Source of the DNA: Asterias amurensis
Lineage: Eukaryota
NCBI RefSeq assembly: GCF_032118995.1
Contig: NC_092652.1
Span: 27,299,339 to 27,363,338, forward strand
Length of the DNA stretch: 64,000 nucleotides
Direction of reading: 5' to 3'
Part shown: in pieces, positions 48,481 to 59,906 of the stretch
Layout of the letters: each line of letters opens with the position of its first letter
Position numbering within the stretch: position 1 is the first letter of the stretch
The notes under the pieces: generated by a model
Seen by the model: only the letters and a program-made list of their open reading frames with translations
What the model was told of the DNA's origin: nothing
Databases searched by the model: none
Made by a program: the position numbers and the translations under genes

Positions 48481-51455
48481 TCCTCGAGCAACCTAATCTC
48501 TTGAGTAAATCTGAACCTCAAATGCCTAAAAATTTGCCAACTCGATTAGAATTTAAGGCACTTACACTTCCATCCATAGTTGATGCTCGACTTTTATACT
48601 TCATGGATGATCCTTTATCTGAGAAGGAAAAGGAAAACATCAAAACAAAACAAAAACCTGTTAGATTAGTTGACATTGAAATGCAATTAATGCCATTTTC
48701 CTTTCTGATGTGCAAATTAAGTCAAACAAATTTAACAAAACAAACAGTTGATGTCACATTCTTGGTGTACATTACTTGGTCACACCCAATATTCCAACCC
48801 TAAATCTGTCAACTACAGTGTGTTGTGTACAGTTACAAAGTAGCAGTATGCTAAAATTAGATATTTGATCCGATATTTTGGAAATTTATACGTGTTAAAG
48901 ACTTTAATTGTACAGCGAACTAAAACGATTTTCCTCATATAGCAGAGAACAATGCTATCCAAAATGTATCCAGTGCTACCCCAAAACCACCATTTGCCAC
49001 TCAATTATAAACATTCAGTGTGCACAAAACTTGTTCAGTCTAAACATATTGCTAAACAAAATTGCTGGACGAAGTATGTGCCTGATATATAGTACATTTA
49101 GGCTGGGGGACTAGTGAAATCAGTGGAAGCTACACAACTGGTCCTCCTGGCTAGTCACCAACAGTTCAGGACAAACTCCAGACTACATGTATTGCCAGTA
49201 AACTTGCTTTAAACACCAACTTTCCATTTTCCTAGACAGACGGTACCAAAATATGAAAGCATTCATCCCACGATGGACAGTGAACTGTATCTACCTGGTC
49301 AGTCTTGCATGAGTGCCCATGGAATTTCTATTGACCTTCAAAATGCCAAAATGGTTTCTCAAATAAGGTCAGATTCACAAATGATGACATTGTGCTCACC
49401 ATTGTGCTCACCTACAATCAGTGTTGTGTTGGAAAGTGACTGGGCACAAAACAGCACGTACATTGTAATAAAAAAAATCGCATACACCTACATGTACATG
49501 TACAGTTACACTTGTAAACATTTATACTCATCTTGACATAACTAATTAATAACAAGAAATATCAAAACAAAAACAATGTACCTACTGCCACTTTATTACA
49601 TATTACATGAAGATAAAAACAGACTGTGTGAAAAAAATAATATGCTACAGTATGTGTGTGTATCTTGTCTGTGTGGTATTTGTTTACTTCTGGGGTCATT
49701 CATAAAAAAAAGGGGAAAAAAGAGACTAATGGGAAAAGCCCCTGGTACTTTACAAAAGTCTACAAGGCATGTTTTTTCCATTTTCTTTTCCTCAAACGTT
49801 AAGAGCCATTTCAAAATTACCATAACTTAAGAACCTCAAAACCAATTTTTGCCAACAAAATGGACCATTGGGACCTTCAAATTTGAGTTGTTTTAACGGC
49901 CAGAATATTGATATCATGCCCTATTTAAAGATAACACATTCTTGTCCTAGCAGGCCCTTCTCACTACTGTACAGATAACTTTGAGATTACAGACCGGATT
50001 GTAATTTTTTATAGAATCTCCTATTAGATCAACACAAATACTGACTTTGGACTGCCACATGATCAACAAGAGGGGGTGTCACCGTGTCTAATAAAATGCA
50101 GTGGGTGAACATGACAGGTCCATTAAAACACTAAACAGTACACCCATGAGCGAATTATTGGGATACTTCCTCACTGTAACAAAAAAGTTAACACCATGGA
50201 CTTTTTCGCAATACTCAGGTGCGCATTAGGCGTGAAATAAGGTGCATTCTGGGATAACAAGGGATCAAATTGGATCCATAGCTATCCCAGAATGCACCTC
50301 ATTCAACAGGTGAGCTTGCGCAACACGCCCAAACAAAACATGGTGCTTGATTTTGAATTGTTGGGGTGGTAAGCGTCAAACTCAACAATGCAAAACACAC
50401 TGTGTTCAAAACCTTAAATCGCAAAAACCATGATTTATCACATAAAAACATCAGAAAGTAACAAAATTACAAACTATAGGAAGACCTCATAATAAATAAT
50501 ACTCATACAAAAATTGGTCTAGAATTTTCAAAATTTTGGTTGATACCTTTTAAAGGGTTTTGATACTTTATCCGAAAATTTGCCTTTTGCCCTGGTTTTG
50601 AAACTCGTTCTTAGTCTTTTAGGAGAACTAGTGCACATGTGGGAAGGTGGTCTGTTTTTTTGCCCATAATATGTGCAGATAATTTCCATTAAATATAAAT
50701 CTGTGCACCATAAAACTGCTATCGACACGGACCAGTATCAACTCAAACCACAGGAAAACCAAACTATCACTAGGAAATCATCATAAATTGCGTTCACCCA
50801 CCCTTCAACCATTAAAGACTGTTACAAATTCTCTTTTGTTCCAAGATCACTCGTTGAATGGAACCGCCTACCAGTATGTATAAGAGAAGCTCCTTCAATA
50901 GACTCATTCAAAACTAGGCTAGATAAAATCCAAATGACCACTTTCATGAGGGGAGCTCACCACTAATGTTTTCCACTTGCCACACCACACCTGCAACTTC
51001 CCTGTGAGGAGTTTGTTGCAGTTATTCGACATATAGGCACACAGTAATAGACGTAATTTTACAAGCAACTTGGGTTTTGGCTTGAATGAGCCGCATAAAG
51101 CCGCACTCTAATGCTGCTATACGACCATGTGTGGTTCACTGAAGAATGATGCAAAAAGTTTATGTACAAGTCTGTGCCGCATGCAGTATTTATGAGAAGA
51201 AAACAAATTGTTTTGTGCATTCAAAACATTAAATTTTAAAGTGTGAACAGCACCTCAGGTGGAAACTAATCTATAGACTGTACAAAACATTGAATGCGAG
51301 ACAAATTACTGAGTTCAAGTTGAACAATATAAAAAAGTTGAAAAACTATACAAAAATAAAATGCTATTTGATTCACATCACGATTTGTGAATGAATGTTT
51401 TGAATGCAGCTTGATACACACACATAATAATCGCACCTTCACAGCGCATAGATGC

Positions 51456-51608
51456 GATAACGAAACCCTCCTCCCGACAGCAGAGACAGTGGGTTACGAG
51501 CCAAATTCAAATGTAAAGGGCGAAATGGTCTAATTAATCAATCAACAGATTTGCTCAATTTTTACCACTGACACAAATTCTAGGAGGGGGGTTACATTAT
51601 CGCAACTA
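51456..51608. mobile_element. MITE family C (~150 bp) with GCGATAACG-type terminal inverted repeats
   Basis: 5' gatgcgataacgaaaccctcctcccgac ... 3' ggaggggggttacattatcgcaac. Same termini as the palindrome at 55595-55668. Confidence 0.6.
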
Positions 51609-52629
51609 CCAGAATAATGAGGCATATTCAACGTTGTGCATTTTATTACTACTTAATATAATTATCTCGAAGTGTTGATACTAATTGAAAAGGGAAAAGT
51701 TTCCGCATGCCGCCACCGTTTTTCATTTCATATGAAATAATATTTCAATTCATTTACCTTTCTTTTTAATGAGATAGGGGAAAAAGTGGTGGCGCTATAC
51801 AGAAAGTTACCCATAAAAAGTATACACAAAATTCCATCATGAAAACCTTGACCCAGTAAACATTGACCTTTGACCTGGGTCGGTACTAATAAAAATTGTT
51901 ACAAACAATAGACTTTGCAAACATTTTCTTTTTTGCACCACTCCGTAGTCCGACTGACTTTCACACATTGTTAATTGTTTTCAAGTACTTACTACTATTT
52001 CCTGATAAGGTTCGTTCTCTTTCCCTTTCCTGCCCTAATCTAGTCGCTGCTGGAGTGTCGGCGTCTGCCATTTTGTCACCCGTTTAGAAAAGAACACAGC
52101 AATTTCTACAAAATTGTTACATTCACATACGCAGCACACACAGTCTTTTTTTGTGTACAAAATACGGCCTCCGCCCGTCGCCTCACGTGTGTGTTGAACT
52201 ATTAAACTTCATAACATTTCCGTCTGAACATTCAGTTCACTCTCATGGAATTCACAGCAATAAAGATTCCTTCAGGTCGCCGACTTTCATTATTTTCACA
52301 TCTTTTCTGCTAAAATGTTGTATTTTTATCCCGATATTCCTCGGTTCTCTACTTGTCAATTACCGGAAACTAAACCTGTAAATGTTGGCTGGTTTCCATG
52401 TGTGCTGTATATTCCAATACATTATTGAATGGTTTATCGAGTACCAGTTTAGTACCGGCCTCTTTCTTGCCCGAACATCTGACGTCATTACTTTGAAGCT
52501 CGTATGATAAAGACAGGGGACCAGTCTAATAACAAAGACGGTCAAAGCAGTGTTCTTTCAGCGCCCTCAACGATGTAAATAACTTTATTTGATGCTGACT
52601 CAAGTCAATGTTCAGTGATTTTCCACTTA

Positions 52630-52659
52630 CGCTGAGTTTGACCCCCGGATTGGAGCACA
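52630..52659 (-). CDS. PIP5K1: PIP5K1-like gene, exon 1 coding part (ATG plus 9 codons); 5' UTR extent unknown
   Basis: ATG in aaaaATGt context preceded by an in-frame TGA two codons upstream. Encodes MCSNPGVKLS, then donor CAGC|GTAAGTGG. Phase 0 join to exon 2. A short N-terminus is consistent with PIP5K1B-like proteins. Confidence 0.6.
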
Positions 52660-53419
52660 TTTTTCAACCCCGTGTTTCCATGGAGGTAAAAATATGATGT
52701 TTCTAACATCAAACGGAGCCCAAAGCCGCAGACGGAAACGAAGTTCAGGTTTGGAAAAAAGCCTCTCTGCTGGGGACTCCAAAAGCGACGGCTTAGAAAG
52801 GGGCAAACAATATAAAAATTTCAGTTCAGACCTTTCAAGATCAAGTAAATAGATATACACAACAAAGTAGAAAATGAAAGATATTCTTTGCACTTCAGTA
52901 CTGTTGAATTTCTCAACCCCTTACATAAACTTTGACTTCATTCTTCTTCTTATCGTATCCACCAAACACTTAGATGAGTTTCAGCCAGAACTCTTACACA
53001 GTTCCTATTGCAATATCACTGTACTCTGGGTGCAAGGTCCTCGATTTTGCAGTCTCGCTCCAAATAGGTGTTCCATTATAGTTTGTGGCTCTGTCCCACA
53101 TTATGCATGTCACGTCTTCAAGAGAGTCCAGATAAAAGTCACTTCTTCTTGCGAGACACCTTGCACAGGCCAGTTGGAGGGGGCACCTCCATTCGTTCCA
53201 TCAATTGATTCAGCACCGGGTGGGGTGGGGGATCTCTTCTGCCATTGAAAAACACTTGTTTTTATATCAGATATTATGTATCCAATTATAGTAGTTTGTT
53301 TAGGCGTGGCCCTCTAAGTAAACTTTCCTATTGACTTTGAGTATCAAATCATGATTTCGTTATTAAATTTACCCGAATCACATTGAACGTTCTCATAAGC
53401 AATTTTAGTAGCACCAGTG

Positions 53420-53900
53420 GGAACGTCAATGTCCCGGTGTGTGAAGGCAGTGGCGCTTTTGTTCACGAGACTGCGTTCACGAGACTGTGAGCAAAAGGGG
53501 CACGTGAGCTACAATGCCTTTCTGCCATTTCTGCACAACTCTGCCGCGCGCGCCAAGCATACGCGCACGCATCGGGCTTTATTTCGATGCAATGGATCGG
53601 TCTATTGGTCGTTGCGCAACGCGTGAAGTTGAACGCCCTCCCGGCGCCCGCAAAGCGCTGACCAGCAACGCGTACAATAATACCGCGCGCACACACACAC
53701 ACACACATGCATTTTTTAAAAACTAACGTACGACGTCGTCGTCACACATGCCCCGACAACACTCTCTGAACACATCTCTCTACACGATCGACGAGACACT
53801 GTGCACAGCAGTAGGCCTACTTACTAACCGACGACTAGCAGACGATCAACCTGCTGAAGAAAACAAAATTCGGTGTCGCCGGGACTGATCGTAGCAATAA
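53420..53900. promoter_or_regulatory. CpG-rich island between the divergent PIP5K1-like (minus) and membrane-protein (plus) genes; candidate shared or bidirectional promoter region
   Basis: Dense CG dinucleotides (gccgcgcgcgccaagcatacgcgcacgcatcgggc..cgcaacgcgtgaag..cccggcgcccgcaaagcgctgaccagcaacgcg..) within an otherwise CpG-poor AT-rich window. Contains a (CA)8 tract and a tandem cacgagactg x2. Confidence 0.5.
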
Positions 53901-54264
53901 CTATGAGTTGTCTTGTGAAATGTTGTGATTATTGCATACCAGGTAAGTTTAAATTGACGAATCAATTGCAGAAGCAAAATAAATACATTCACACGACTAA
54001 AAAAAACATGACCGGTGCGCACGGACTGTGACACTCTCGGTTGGCGGAAAGTTTGAACGAATCCAATTAAAATCGTGGTATGATTGGTTCATAACCTTCA
54101 CCGGACCTGTAGCTAGCTATATCCCTGCCGTAGGACAAACAAAATTGTGATGCAGAAACTTATGTTTACTTAGCCTAACTTTTATAAAACGAAAATCAGT
54201 GGTTAGGACCTAACTTGTTTTGTTTTTTTAATTTAGTAGGCTTCGTTTGACAACCCTGTTTTTG

Positions 54265-55185
54265 CACGTCCATCGATTTCACCCTACACGCAACTGCTCT
54301 TCAAAACAATCTTGACACCATGGGCTGAAACATGGAACATGAAGTTTAACCAAGACAAATGCCACACCATGCGCTTCACCTTGCTACGTAAAACCATAAA
54401 CACTGAGTACAATCTCGGTAGTAGTGCTCTTACTACAGTTTCTGAACATCCCTATCTTGGCCTAACTCTTACAAGTAACCTGTCATGGCAATCCCATATA
54501 GACATCATAACTGCAAAAGCTAACAGGATGCTTGGACTCATCAGACGTAACCTCAGAGGCTGCTCCCAGAAGCTACGGCAACAAGCATATCTTTCTCTTG
54601 TCCGTCCACATCTCGAATACTATAGTACAGTTTGGAACCCGCACACCAAGAAAAACATCACCAAAATAGAAAAAACCCAGCGCCAAGCTGCCAGATTCAT
54701 CTTCAACAACTACCACAGCAGGGACAGCGTCTCCAAAATGATAGATGATCTTCAATGGGACTCTCTTGAAAAACGCAGACAGTCTGCTAGTATCTCCTTG
54801 ATGTACAAGATCCGCTATCGGCTAGTAGCCATCAATCCAACCCAATACCTCATACCCATGATCCCAAGCAGTACTCGATCCTACCACAAATGTAAATACC
54901 TAACCATCCCAGCACGTCTCCAGCTCTACAAATATTCGTTTTTTCCACGAACAGTTTTGAGGTGGAATGCCCTCCCCAGCCAGATCCTCGAGCTCCCATC
55001 CATCGGGGTCTTTAAGGGGGCGGTTGGAGCAACCATTTAGCTACCTCCCAACTTTTTACTCACACCTTGTACAATAAAATGCACCTGCAACACTTGGCAC
55101 CGCACATAAGCAGCTATCCTTGGCGTTTATATCCTGACTGAAGGACTATGCCAAGTATCGAAGTAGAAGTAGAAGTAGAAGCAAC
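54265..55185 (+). mobile_element. CR1/L2-like non-LTR retrotransposon, 5'-truncated 3' fragment (RT C-terminal domain plus 3' UTR ending in a (GTAGAA)3 microsatellite)
   Basis: ORF ..WAETWNMKFNQDKCHTMRF...ANRMLGLIRRNL...LVRPHLEYYSTVWNPHTKKNITKIEKTQRQAARFI...LSLEKRRQSASISLMYKI...FFPRTVLRWNALPSQI.. matches the CR1-family RT C-terminus. The track start at 54312 is a TTG alternative start, not a true initiator. Confidence 0.8.
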
Positions 55186-55594
55186 GTTTATCATGTTTAT
55201 GGCGTAAAGTTGCGCCATAAACGTTGTGCAAAAAACTGCAAGTGGAATTACGGCGTTGCAAGTTTACGCAGTTGCGTAAAGTTTCGTGAAATCGGCTCCC
55301 TGCACAAAGAGCTAATTGATCTTTAACTTAATGCGAATCAATCTTATTTCGATAGTGTGATTTCAAAATCATCACTAAAACATTTTTTTTTTTTTTTTTT
55401 TTTCCTTTTTTAACTTGTGCGAGCAAAGTAATTTCTTCTAAGTTCTAGTGGTGGACTACTTTGGAGATTATTAAAGTTTTCTTATGTCATGTATGTATTT
55501 ATGTCTTCTCATCTTTAGTTAAATGACTCTTAGTTCGTTTTTAGAATCGAACCACTGAACCACTGACAAAAGTAGGAGAGCATTTTGTAGACTA

Positions 55595-55668
55595 GTTGCG
55601 ATAACGTAACCCTCCTCCCGACGGCCGTCAGCTGGCGGCCGTCGGGAGGAGGGTTACGTTATCGCAAC
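55595..55668. repeat. 74-bp perfect palindrome (two abutting MITE-C termini)
   Basis: gttgcgataacgtaaccctcctcccgacggccgtcagctggcggccgtcgggaggagggttacgttatcgcaac. Confidence 0.85.
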
Positions 55669-55715
55669 TATTTGTAGATATTTTTTTATCATGATTTTTG
55701 TTTAATTCTATCCAG

Positions 55716-55851
55716 CTGTAAAGGGGTATCTTGAATGTATCTGTCCGTGGATTTACCGCATATTCTTTGGCACTGGTCGATGTGAATGTGTGGCCGTAAG
55801 AACAGTGTTGGGTCTCGCCTTCGGTGGTCTGCTTGGTGCAGGTAATAATTC
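55716..55851 (+). CDS. multi-pass membrane protein gene (possibly DC-STAMP-domain family), first recognisable coding exon; 5' boundary uncertain
   Basis: Open frame ..CECVAVRTVLGLAFGGLLGAG (hydrophobic) ending at donor GTGCAG|GTAATA. The 1-nt overhang fits the 2-nt start of the next exon. No in-frame ATG, so an upstream coding exon is missing or unrecognised. Confidence 0.45.
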
Positions 55852-56235
55852 GTTAATTGTTTTACCTTTTCCAAAGACAAAGTCCCGTTTGAAATGTGTT
55901 TTCTCTGAATTAAAACCACTTACTTTTGGGCGTTTTGGCAGGACTATAAGGCAAACCCCATTTATTTCGATGGCATTATAGGCCCATATATAAGCCTACC
56001 ATCTTGCCAGTTCCGGAAAAAAAAGATCAAAAACATGAAAGAAAAAGTAACTTAATTTGGAGGTTATAATGTCTATGGATGTGATACTACAGTATAATAG
56101 CAACAGATTGTAGTGTTTTATAATTAAATGCATTACAACTTTAAGTTAACAAAAGAACACACAATTTTCCAAATGGAAGAGACTTCATGACATTTTCCTA
56201 AACTAAAACCATTTCATTTCCCCTCCAAACTGCAG

Positions 56236-56439
56236 GCCTTTATGTCAGTATTGTAGACAAACTCAATTATCCAGAAAAAGAGCGTCAATTATTTGGCGGA
56301 GTTCTAACCCTGCTTTTAGCTGTTGGATTTGCCTGCTCAGTTCAGGTTCGATGTATTGTTCTACTTAGTGTGCCAACTTTCTTTGGGCGGTTTGGGCGAA
56401 GTCTCATCACAAGTTATGCCATATTTTTATTGGTAACTG
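56236..56439 (+). CDS. membrane protein gene, exon 2
   Basis: Acceptor ccctccaaactgcag|GC, donor AACTG|GTAAGT. Encodes LYVSIVDKLNYPEKERQLFGGVLTLLLAVGFACSVQVRCIVLLSVPTFFGRFGRSLITSYAIFLLVT (two predicted TM helices; an RC..LL..P....GR......LL..GP pattern reminiscent of DC-STAMP-like proteins). Confidence 0.7.
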
Positions 56440-56529
56440 GTAAGTATATCATACACTTCCAATTAATATATCAAATATTTTTAACCACAAGGCAAACTGT
56501 CTTCGTAAATTTTAAATTGAATAGAGAGC

Positions 56530-56640
56530 CCGCCAAAATAGGGCTATAGATAGTTCAGCTGGTAGAGCGCTGGCATGTTAATCCAGAGGTCTTTGGTTCG
56601 AGTCCCACTCAAAATTTTCTTTGTTCAACCCCATTTCCAA
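56530..56640 (+). mobile_element. tRNA-Asn(GTT)-derived SINE monomer (intronic)
   Basis: gggctatagatagttcagctggtagagcgctggcatgttaatccagaggtctttggttcgagtcccactc + tail ttctttgttcaacccc. Anticodon loop ATGTTAA (GTT). Degenerate acceptor stem, so not a functional tRNA. Confidence 0.65.
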
Positions 56641-57704
56641 TTTATCATGTAGTTATCAAAGCTGGGAAATGCAGATTTCCTTGATACCTCAAAGAAATAT
56701 GTATGTTTAAGAAATATGTATGTTTCCTTTGAAACAAAGGGCATCGGGGCAACAACCTGGGGGGGGGGGCACAGAGGCAATAGACCCTTCCCATGATGAT
56801 GTAAATTGCACGTAGCGCGTGCGCACTAACGTTTTGGTTGGCAAAATGAGGGAACATCGTGCTGTTTTGTACACGGCTAATGGGTGCGCGACGCAGACGC
56901 GACTGCGCGTCTGCTTAGTGCACAACTCCATGGCGTTTGCCAACCAACAGGGTCTGTACGCATGCGTGAATGTAATTAGCATATTTCATGGGAAGGGTCC
57001 ATTGCCTCATGTGGTGGGAGCTATTTAGATTGAAGGGATCCAATGGAGCCATTCAAAGGTTTGGAGGTGCTAATAAAGTTGGCAGCCAACCATGCCGAAA
57101 TATCAGGAGACTTTCTCAAGTGTATTTGGACCTCAGCTACAAGTCCATGATCGTTTTTTTATTTAACATAAACATCTGAAGAACAAGGCAGTTGTGCCAT
57201 GAAGAGTATACTATATTTAAGCAAAGATTTGAATGGTCAACTGGAGATTCGTTATTTGAATGTTAGGCATGGGTGCCATTCTGTGGGAAGCAAATGTTTT
57301 GTTATAGCACTGATAGCAGGGGGTCAATGTCTGCTCTGATCTATTGTTGCATAAAAAAAAGTTGCTTACTCAAAATGGTGTCTAGTGTGAATAAGAAACC
57401 TTCCTATGTGCTTGACACAAGCAGGTTTATATTCTGATGGTCTTCTATTGTTGTACTAATTTGTAGTAGTCTTTATACATATACAATAATGTGAATCTGT
57501 AAAACTCAATTTATGACATGGCGTAACCTCAAACCTTTAGCCCAAAAATTGTTCCACATAGCATGGAATACAAGAAAGTTCGAAACCATGTCCTTCCACA
57601 TACTACATAGCATGGAATAGTAGAGTTCGAAACCATGTCCTTATTTTAACTTCTTTTTGAAAGATTGGATTATAACCTTTTTTTGGCATAATATCTGTCC
57701 GCAG

Positions 57705-57844
57705 GTCCGATGAATAATATTATGCTGAACGCAGATGAGTCATCTCGGGCTATATCATGTACAACCGATCTAACATTCAACCACAGTAAAGAAATCTTCA
57801 AGTTACTCTACAAACCCTTCCATGATGCCTTCATAGATGCTGGG
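57705..57844 (+). CDS. membrane protein gene, exon 3
   Basis: Acceptor atatctgtccgcag|GT, donor GCTGGG|GTACGT. Encodes PMNNIMLNADESSRAISCTTDLTFNHSKEIFKLLYKPFHDAFIDAG. Phases match exons 2 and 4. Confidence 0.7.
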
Positions 57845-57908
57845 GTACGTCTTGGAAATCTTTACATCATATCGTGGCTCAATTTCATAGAGCTGCTTAA
57901 TAAAAATA

Positions 57909-58665
57909 AAGGCAGATGGACACTATTGGTATTTACTCAAAATAATTATTAGCATAAAACCTTACTTGGTAACGAATAATGGGGAGAGGTTGACAGTATA
58001 AAAAATTGTGAGAAACAGCTCCCTCTGAAGTAATGTAGTTTTCGAGAAAGAAGTAATTTTCCACGAATTTGATTTCGAGACCTCTAGATTTAGAATGTGA
58101 GGTCTCGAAATCAAGCATCTGAACGCACACAACTTCATGTGACAAGGGTGTTTTTAAAGGAACACGTTGCCTTGGATCGGTCGAGTTGGTCCTTGAAAAG
58201 CGTTCTGCAACCGTTTGTTATAAAATCTGTATGGTTAGAAAGATGTTGTAAAAGTAGAATACAATGATCTACACAAATATGCCTCGAAATTGCGTGGTTT
58301 TCTTTTTACTTCGTCGACTAACACTGTCGGCCATTATGGTAGTCAAATTTTTGACTCCCATAAATGGCCGACCGTGTTAGTTCGCGACGTACAATGAAAA
58401 CCGTGAAATTTTGAGTGATACTTGTGTTGATAATTATATTCTACTTTTAAAACATCTTTCTAACCATATGCATTTCATAACAAATGGTTTAAACGCTTTT
58501 TATAGACCAACTCGTCCGATCCAAGGCAACGTGTTCCTTTAATTTCATTATTATCTTGCAACTTCGACGACCGATTGAGCTCAAATTTTCACAAGTTTTT
58601 TATTTTTATGCATGTTGAGATACACCAAGTGAGAAGATTGGATTTTGACAATTACACAAATATTT
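57909..58665 (+). mobile_element. MITE family A copy interrupted by a nested MITE family B insertion (58158-58538) with TTAA target-site duplication
   Basis: Family A 5' end ggcagatggacactattggtatttactc.. and 3' part ..ttttcacaagttttttatttttatgcatgttgagatacaccaagtgagaag... Insert TIRs aggaacacgttgccttggatcggtcgagttggtcc / ggaccaactcgtccgatccaaggcaacgtgttcct, flanked by ttaa on both sides. Confidence 0.75.
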
Positions 58666-58859
58666 GCTACAGTAAGCACGAAAATTTGCTTATCGTTAGG
58701 CAGCACTATGAAATTGGGCCCTGGTTGGCACAATTTTACGTGCTTATTGTTTGTGTTTAAGCAAACTCTACGAAATTGGTCATGTGTGCTTAAAATGTGT
58801 GTAATCTGTACAATTATCCTTTCAGCTTTTTTTCAATTTTTATCTCAATCTTGGCATAG

Positions 58860-59034
58860 ATTCGACAGGATGCAATTGATGACGATGCTGAGACAATGAA
58901 AAGTCGATTTCGCTATTATGTTGAGGAGATTGAAGGGGATCGTTTTGAAAAACTGCGAAAGTTTAACGAGGAAGAGAAAACTAGTGACTCAATCAAACAA
59001 GGCTTCAACCTAAAGAGCCTCAGAAGATGTAAAG
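58860..59034 (+). CDS. membrane protein gene, exon 4
   Basis: Acceptor ctcaatcttggcatag|A, donor TGTAAAG|GTAAAA. Encodes IRQDAIDDDAETMKSRFRYYVEEIEGDRFEKLRKFNEEEKTSDSIKQGFNLKSLRRCK. Confidence 0.65.
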
Positions 59035-59768
59035 GTAAAAATAATATGAAAATAATTACACAGAACTTTCTAGCTTTTAAACAATTGCATATTCAACGAA
59101 TAAAAAACATTTGGTTAAGTGTATATATACAAAAAAACATGGTGTGACTTTGATTGAAGCTTTGATCTAGCTCAAATAGGAAAGGAGAGAGTATTTGAGA
59201 AACAGTGGCTTGAGTTGGTGTGATGTTATAACATCACTGATGCATGCTAGGCCCCCACCAACCCCTATCAACCACAGAATCATCTAAAAGTTCTGTGGTC
59301 AGTCCACTTTCCAGTAGTTACCAAAGAAAAAGAAGATGTAATAAAAAAAGTCCAGGAGACCTATCGATTACATATCCCCATATGGTTACAATAAAAAGAC
59401 AACAAAAAAACAACCCAAAACAGAAAAAGAAAATACACAGTTTCTGTTGAAGAATTAGCAACAAGTGAACTTTACTGGTGGCAAAGTAACAAAGTAGAAG
59501 TTTACAAAAACTACTGATAAACAAATGAAGAAAAGAGATTTCACAAAGATTGCCATAATAAGTCCTCTTTACCTTGTTTAATGTAAGTGCTGTGATTTAA
59601 TTTACTAAGCAGAGCGTCTTTAAATGCTGTTCATTAGTATTTTTCTGGATTTCTTATTTTCACTCATTTGGCAATATAGGATAAGAAGTGTAAATTACTT
59701 TGGCCCACCCCGTCAAATGAAGGCATGTGTCATTATCATGGGAAATTCTGTTTCTGTTTTGTTTTCAG

Positions 59769-59906
59769 ATGTTTTTGTAGAAGGTTTAGCAGAATGTGAA
59801 CCAGCTTATCATAGAGTATGGGCTACGTGCAAAGAACGTTACCCCGTGTGGCACTTGATTGTCTGTCTGCCATTGCATGCATTTACCGTCTGCTCACTGC
59901 TTAGAT
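59769..59906 (+). CDS. membrane protein gene, exon 5
   Basis: Acceptor ctgttttgttttcag|AT, donor TTAGAT|GTAAGT. Encodes (D)VFVEGLAECEPAYHRVWATCKERYPVWHLIVCLPLHAFTVCSLLR. Confidence 0.7.

Noticed and set aside
52627-52893. 88-aa minus ORF upstream of exon 1 as an extended N-terminus
   Set aside because: Different frame from the ATG exon for most of its length. Only the last 10 codons (MCSNPGVKLS) are in phase with exon 2; the rest is a presumed 5' UTR or promoter-proximal sequence.
54312-55040. 242-aa ORF taken as a host gene start
   Set aside because: Its first codon is TTG (the ORF track uses alternative starts, as also seen at 6348, 28070 and 55790). The content is the CR1-type LINE RT C-terminus followed by a (GTAGAA)n tail.
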